Below are positions 54,107-58,468 of a DNA stretch of 58,468 bases, one piece after another (within the stretch, counting starts at the first letter, position 1; every line of letters begins with the position of its first letter). The stretch covers positions 1 to 58,468 of the forward strand of contig JBDRBW010000009.1 of assembly GCA_043822345.1 (NCBI GenBank), in the 5' to 3' direction. A program made the position numbers and the translations under genes. Under the pieces are notes generated by a model. That model was not told where the DNA came from, searched no databases, and was given only the letters and a program-made list of their open reading frames with translations. Source of the stretch: Patescibacteria group bacterium. Lineage in GTDB: Bacteria; Patescibacteriota; Minisyncoccia; UBA6257; UBA11618.

Positions 54107-54115
54107 CAGAGGTGA

Positions 54116-55012
54116 CTACAAATTTACTATCTCCTGGTCTACTTTCTTGTAGGTAATATACACGAATTCGGTCTCTAAAAGCAAGCGATAGATTAACCAC
54201 GCAAAAAGACCGATGACAAGATTGATAAAATAGGTGCCGCCACCAATGACGGTGAAAAACAATAGCCCTAAAATGAGAAGAAGTATCCCCTTAAACTGCC
54301 GAGATAAATCCCCCAGCCCGGAGTTGACCGCCCGATGGCTGGCATCAACCACATTTTCTTCCAAAAATAATTGAATGTTAAAGGCCTGGCTGATTGATTC
54401 TTGTAATTCACTAATGGCGCTTTGTAGACGATCGGGGTCAAGGTCTTCGTAGGTGCGATAAGCCACCGACTCTAAAACGTTGCCCACCGAATCATTAAGC
54501 GAAAAACCAGGCAGAATCTTGGCAATCGCCGGCTCCAGTGGTTTGATAATAAAGTTAAATGTCGGTTGGGAGAGCGAGAGCGGCTTCTGACCGATAAAAA
54601 CCATATAACTAGCAATCATAAAGACCACTATTATCGCCGAAGCAAATACCAACACATGATGGCGTAGTTTGATAAAACTAATCTTGACCATATTATCCAG
54701 ATGCCGCCGTCCCCGTTCGTGCGCCCACCAAAGCACTAGAAAAGTGATGACACCGATAAGTAATAGCCACTGCGATGGTTGGCGAAAGAGCGGCAGAGTC
54801 ATTCCTAAAACCTGCAGAGCGATAAACATTACCGCAGTATTGCGCTGGCTAATAAAAATAACCTGTAAGATAAAAAAGGTGAGGTATAATAGAGCAAGCG
54901 TCGTCGCCGCTAGTAAATAGTAGTAACTGGCGCCGATGGCAAAGATGCTAAAAACATAACCGAAGGCGACTGCTAAAACGACTCCGATGGAGCCAAAAAT
55001 AATAATCTTCAT
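54116..55012 (-). CDS. hypothetical polytopic membrane protein
   Basis: 298 aa with several TM helices on either side of a soluble loop. Lies between dnaK and dnaJ. Confidence 0.6.
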   Translation of the reverse strand: MKIIIFGSIGVVLAVAFGYVFSIFAIGASYYYLLAATTLALLYLTFFILQVIFISQRNTAVMFIALQVLGMTLPLFRQPSQWLLLIGVITFLVLWWAHERGRRHLDNMVKISFIKLRHHVLVFASAIIVVFMIASYMVFIGQKPLSLSQPTFNFIIKPLEPAIAKILPGFSLNDSVGNVLESVAYRTYEDLDPDRLQSAISELQESISQAFNIQLFLEENVVDASHRAVNSGLGDLSRQFKGILLLILGLLFFTVIGGGTYFINLVIGLFAWLIYRLLLETEFVYITYKKVDQEIVNL

Positions 55013-55030
55013 CTGTTTATTATAACAGAT

Positions 55031-56875
55031 TTACTTTTCTTGCGCTGGGGGTTCTGGTTTATCTTGTTTGTAGAGATGCTGGCCGATTTTTTGCAGTTCG
55101 GTAGTAAGGGCGGAAAGGGCGGATTTTATCGCCTCCGCGTTATCGCTGTCTTTTACCCTTTTCAGCTCATCTATTTTTTGGGTAACAGCTGTTTTAATAT
55201 CTTCGGGCACTTTATCACCCGCTTCTTTCAAAGCTTTTTCAGCGGCGTAAACAGCGCTCTCGGCTTGATTATGCAAGTCAATCAATTCCCTCTTTTGCTT
55301 GTCCTCGACAGCATGCTGAGCGGCCTCGTTTTTTAATCGCTCCACATCTTCTTTGGAAAGATTGGCGCTAGCCTCAATCTTGACCGATTGGCTCTTGCCG
55401 GTGCCCTTGTCTTTGGCGGACACATTAAGAATACCGTTAGCATCAATATCAAAAATTACCTCCACCTGCGGTACGCCCCGTGGCGCTGGCGGAATGCCGT
55501 CCAAAATAAACTTGGCTAAGGTTTTATTGTCAGTGGCCATCTCCCGCTCGCCCTGCAAGATGTGAATCTCCACCGACGGCTGGCTATCAGCGGCAGTGGA
55601 AAACACCTGCGTCTTGGCGGTAGGAATGGTGGTATTTTTTTCTATCAAGCGGGTAAAAACTCCGCCCAAGGTCTCAATTCCCAAAGAGAGCGGCGTAATA
55701 TCCAATAGTAGTACATCCTTGACATCGCCCTGCAAAACACCAGCTTGAATGGCGGCGCCATTGGCAACCACCTCATCAGGATTGATATTGCGGTGCGGTT
55801 CTTTGTTAAACATCTCTTGGACCGCTTTTTGGATAGCGGGCATTCTTGTCTGACCGCCTACTAAAATAATTTCATCAATATCTTCTACTTTAAATCCGGC
55901 GTCTTTAACAACCTCGCCGGTAATTTTTAAGGAGCGGTCAATATACTCGGACGCCAACTCCTCCAATTTGGCGCGGGTGAGTTTAAGTAAAAAGTGTTTG
56001 GGACCAGAAGCATCGGAAGTAATGTAGGGCAGATTAACCTCGGTCTCGGTGGAGGTGGAAAGTTCATGCTTGGCGCGCTCCACTGCTTCCCGCAATCTCT
56101 GCATCGCTAGCGAATCACTGGCAATATCAACGCCTTCTCGTTTTTTATATTCATCTACTAGATACTCGTTTATTTTTTTATCCAAATCATCGCCGCCCAA
56201 GTGCGTATCACCGCCAGTGGCTTTGACTTCAACGGTATTATCGCCTATCTCCAGCACCGAAACATCAAAAGTGCCGCCGCCAAAATCGTAGACGACAATC
56301 TGTTCGTTTTTCTGCCTGTCCAAACCATAGGCCAGCGCGGCCGCTGTCGGCTCGTTGATAATTCGCCTTACTTTAAAACCAGCGATTTCGCCGGCGTCTT
56401 TCGTGGCTTGGCGTTGACTGTCATCAAAGTAGGCGGGAACAGTGATAATCGCCTCCTCTATCTTCTCCCCCAGCTTGGCCTCAGCATCGGCCTTCATTCT
56501 GGCCAAAACCATCGCCGATATCTCCTCCGGCTTATACCATCCGCCAGCTGGCGGTTCGCCCATCTTTACCTCAATGCCGCCATTGGCTGATTCTTGAATA
56601 TTATAAGTTAGCCATTTTTTATCGCGCTGTACTTCCTCATCTTTAAATTTCCTGCCAATCAAACGCTTAATAGAATAAAGGGTGTTTTTGGGATTGGTAA
56701 TTGACTGCCGCTTGGCCAGCAGACCCGCCAGCCGCTCGTTGGACTTACTTAAAGCCGCCACCGACGGCGTGGTGCGGTTGCCCTCGCTGTTTTCTATTAT
56801 TTTCGGCTGGCCGCCTTCGATAACAGCCATGGCGCTATTAGTTGTGCCTAAATCTATTCCTAGAATTTTACTCAT
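55031..56875 (-). CDS. dnaK: chaperone DnaK
   Basis: [17 protein letters not shown]. Full-length Hsp70. Confidence 0.98.
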   Translation of the reverse strand: MSKILGIDLGTTNSAMAVIEGGQPKIIENSEGNRTTPSVAALSKSNERLAGLLAKRQSITNPKNTLYSIKRLIGRKFKDEEVQRDKKWLTYNIQESANGGIEVKMGEPPAGGWYKPEEISAMVLARMKADAEAKLGEKIEEAIITVPAYFDDSQRQATKDAGEIAGFKVRRIINEPTAAALAYGLDRQKNEQIVVYDFGGGTFDVSVLEIGDNTVEVKATGGDTHLGGDDLDKKINEYLVDEYKKREGVDIASDSLAMQRLREAVERAKHELSTSTETEVNLPYITSDASGPKHFLLKLTRAKLEELASEYIDRSLKITGEVVKDAGFKVEDIDEIILVGGQTRMPAIQKAVQEMFNKEPHRNINPDEVVANGAAIQAGVLQGDVKDVLLLDITPLSLGIETLGGVFTRLIEKNTTIPTAKTQVFSTAADSQPSVEIHILQGEREMATDNKTLAKFILDGIPPAPRGVPQVEVIFDIDANGILNVSAKDKGTGKSQSVKIEASANLSKEDVERLKNEAAQHAVEDKQKRELIDLHNQAESAVYAAEKALKEAGDKVPEDIKTAVTQKIDELKRVKDSDNAEAIKSALSALTTELQKIGQHLYKQDKPEPPAQEK

Positions 56876-56889
56876 AGTTTTCAGTATTC

Positions 56890-56949
56890 GTCATTCTGAA
56901 CAAAGTGAAGAATCTTTATAAAAGATCCTTCGCTAACGCTCAGGATGAC
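56890..56949. repeat. family A full element in the grpE-dnaK spacer
   Basis: gtcattctgaacaaagtgaagaatcttt-ataa-aagatccttcgctaacgctcaggatgac. Confidence 0.8.
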
Positions 56950-56960
56950 AAAATAATAAA

Positions 56961-57419
56961 TCATTTTGTCACTTTTACTTTTGTGGGGCGGATTATTTTG
57001 TCGTATAATTTATAACCCGCTTCTACTATTTCAACAATCGTATCAGGTGGCTGTCCCGACTCAACTGCCACCACCGCCTCGTGAAGCGCTGGATTAAAAC
57101 TATCGCCGATATTGACTAATAACTTTTCAAGGCCGTGTTTTTTTAAAAGATTTTCTAGTTGAGACTGGATAAGCGATAATCCTCTAGTAGATTCTTCGCC
57201 CTGCTCAGAATGACTAACCGCCGTAGCCAAAGTAAAACTATCCAATACCGCCAATAGATCGCCGACAATCCCCTCATTGGCAAATTTAATAATCTCCTCA
57301 AAGCGCTTCAGTTCGTCTTTTTTGTAATTAATCAACTCCGCCTTAGCCCGCTTCCAACCGTCAAGATACTCTTCTTCCTTCGTCAAAGCTTCCGTGGGTT
57401 TTTCCTTATTCTCTTCCAT
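56961..57419 (-). CDS. grpE: nucleotide exchange factor GrpE with repeat-derived insertion
   Basis: ...AELINYKKD..., LLAVLDSF, HEAV......V..GY.L..K.IRP..V. 152 aa. Confidence 0.9.
   Translation of the reverse strand: MEENKEKPTEALTKEEEYLDGWKRAKAELINYKKDELKRFEEIIKFANEGIVGDLLAVLDSFTLATAVSHSEQGEESTRGLSLIQSQLENLLKKHGLEKLLVNIGDSFNPALHEAVVAVESGQPPDTIVEIVEAGYKLYDKIIRPTKVKVTK
57189..57214. repeat. family A half element inside grpE
   Basis: agattcttcgccctgctcagaatgac encodes SHSEQGEES. Confidence 0.75.
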
Positions 57420-57465
57420 AAATATGCTTATTATTATAAATTAATTAAAAAAATGTGTCAAATTT

Positions 57466-57490
57466 AAACGGTCGCCTCAGGCGACCGTTT
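57466..57490. terminator. AAACGG..CCGTTT hairpin (shared family)
   Basis: aaacggtcgcc-tca-ggcgaccgttt. Confidence 0.65.
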
Positions 57491-57522
57491 ATTTCTAGCC
57501 TCCAGTATCTAGCTTCCAGCTT

Positions 57523-58320
57523 CTAGTGTGGTATCCAGCAGCGAAAACCGTAAAGTTCAGCTTGATCAATATAAATACGCGCTAGAAGATTACCATCACC
57601 GCTAGCCATCATGCCATCGTCACCATAACCATTACCAGTCGCATCCCCGTTCCATTCCCAACCATTAATCTCATCAGGTCCCAGGTCATAATTAAGCATA
57701 GTAACATACCACTCCTGAACAGTAGGTAGGCGGCCGCCATAGTTAACAAAACAATAATTAGTGGCATCGTACCACGTCTTTAATTCACCGCCATTTTCAT
57801 CATTATACATACAACCAAGCTGACGACCAGCGCTTTCCACTAAAGTCCAACTGGCATCAGGGCAGGAAAACGATGTAATACTAGGATTTTGCCAAGTCGC
57901 TAAGCCACTGGCGTCAGAAGTTAAAATTTTGCCACCAGCTGGCGCGCCGCCGGTGATTTTAATTTGTCCGGCTACTTCTAGTTTGGCGCCGGGATTCGTC
58001 GTTCCAATACCAACGTTGTCGGTAGACGTTTCTAATCGAACTGCCACGCCATCATCCACCCAGCCGCCGCCTCCGCCGCCTGCCGCCGCCTGCCAGGTAG
58101 CTAATCCAACAACATCAGATGTTAATACGTAACCAACAGCTGGCGCGCCGCCGGTGATTTTTATTTGGCTATCGATAACGACATTACCACTACCATCCAC
58201 GCTAATCGCTCCGCCGCCACTGCCCGGCGGCTCGGAGGGACCGGTAAACGCCCACAACGAACCGACACCGACAACTAGCATAGTCAATAAGACCGCTAGT
58301 AAAACTGTAAAGAGTTTCAT
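57523..58320 (-). CDS. secreted protein with duplicated IKITGGAP...LTSD..GLATWQ module and C-type-lectin/DUF1566-like C-terminus
   Basis: Signal peptide. Two near-identical modules of about 45 aa. C-terminal ...NYCF..GGRLPTVQEW... ends in ...YGFRCWIPH. Confidence 0.65.
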   Translation of the reverse strand: MKLFTVLLAVLLTMLVVGVGSLWAFTGPSEPPGSGGGAISVDGSGNVVIDSQIKITGGAPAVGYVLTSDVVGLATWQAAAGGGGGGWVDDGVAVRLETSTDNVGIGTTNPGAKLEVAGQIKITGGAPAGGKILTSDASGLATWQNPSITSFSCPDASWTLVESAGRQLGCMYNDENGGELKTWYDATNYCFVNYGGRLPTVQEWYVTMLNYDLGPDEINGWEWNGDATGNGYGDDGMMASGDGNLLARIYIDQAELYGFRCWIPH

Positions 58321-58401
58321 GTTCTTAATTATAACATACCGCCATAATTATTTTACATCCTCTTTTAAAACCTTCTCTATATATTATAAAGTATAATATA
58401 C

Positions 58402-58439
58402 CTGTCCAGTATATCCACGATCGTGGATATACTGGACAG
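58402..58439. repeat. 38-bp perfect palindrome, family F copy 4
   Basis: Identical to 50099-50136. Lies 82 nt upstream of the start at 58320. Confidence 0.9.
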
Positions 58440-58468
58440 AATAAAAAAATAAATAAAACAGCGGGGTG

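Overview
This is a gene-dense 58.5-kb bacterial fragment. Almost all recognisable housekeeping genes lie on the minus strand:
- rpsL-rpsG-fusA, thyX, groES-groEL, lepA, ndk, aspS, mnmA
- secD-secF, obg and grpE-dnaK-(membrane protein)-dnaJ
- efp is the one housekeeping gene on the plus strand

Three tRNAs are present: Ser-GGA, Gly-CCC and Lys-UUU. I saw no rRNA, CRISPR array, transposase, integrase or reverse transcriptase. The standard genetic code fits, since TGA is used as a stop.

Several gene-content traits suggest a small-genome, CPR/Patescibacteria-like organism (inference only):
- a minor-pilin cluster
- DnaJ without a zinc finger
- AspRS without the GAD insertion
- many orphan secreted proteins

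Accessory content:
- a prkA-yhbH-spoVR triad, with prkA split by a frame change
- four prepilin-like genes, one fused to an LVIVD-type beta-propeller
- a soluble VirD4/TraD-like ATPase with a membrane partner
- a translationally coupled operon (28.4-36.4 kb) of five membrane-anchored extracytoplasmic proteins that share a helical module but carry different C-terminal heads (C92-like amidase, CPPC thioredoxin-like, HExxH)

The window is saturated with at least six families of palindromic or hairpin elements:
- GTCAT...ATGAC elements sit inside operons and are also inserted in frame into lepA, mnmA, grpE, aspS, secD and the ATPase.
- A 220-320 nt composite hairpin lies directly 3' of both fusA and groEL. 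Its loops are conserved and its stems covary.
- A perfect 38-bp palindrome occurs four times, twice flanking a wHTH/Cas2-fold gene.

Non-housekeeping plus-strand genes tend to be stand-alone units, many with their own near-consensus promoter and terminator. All functional calls come from motif reading by eye; no database search was run.
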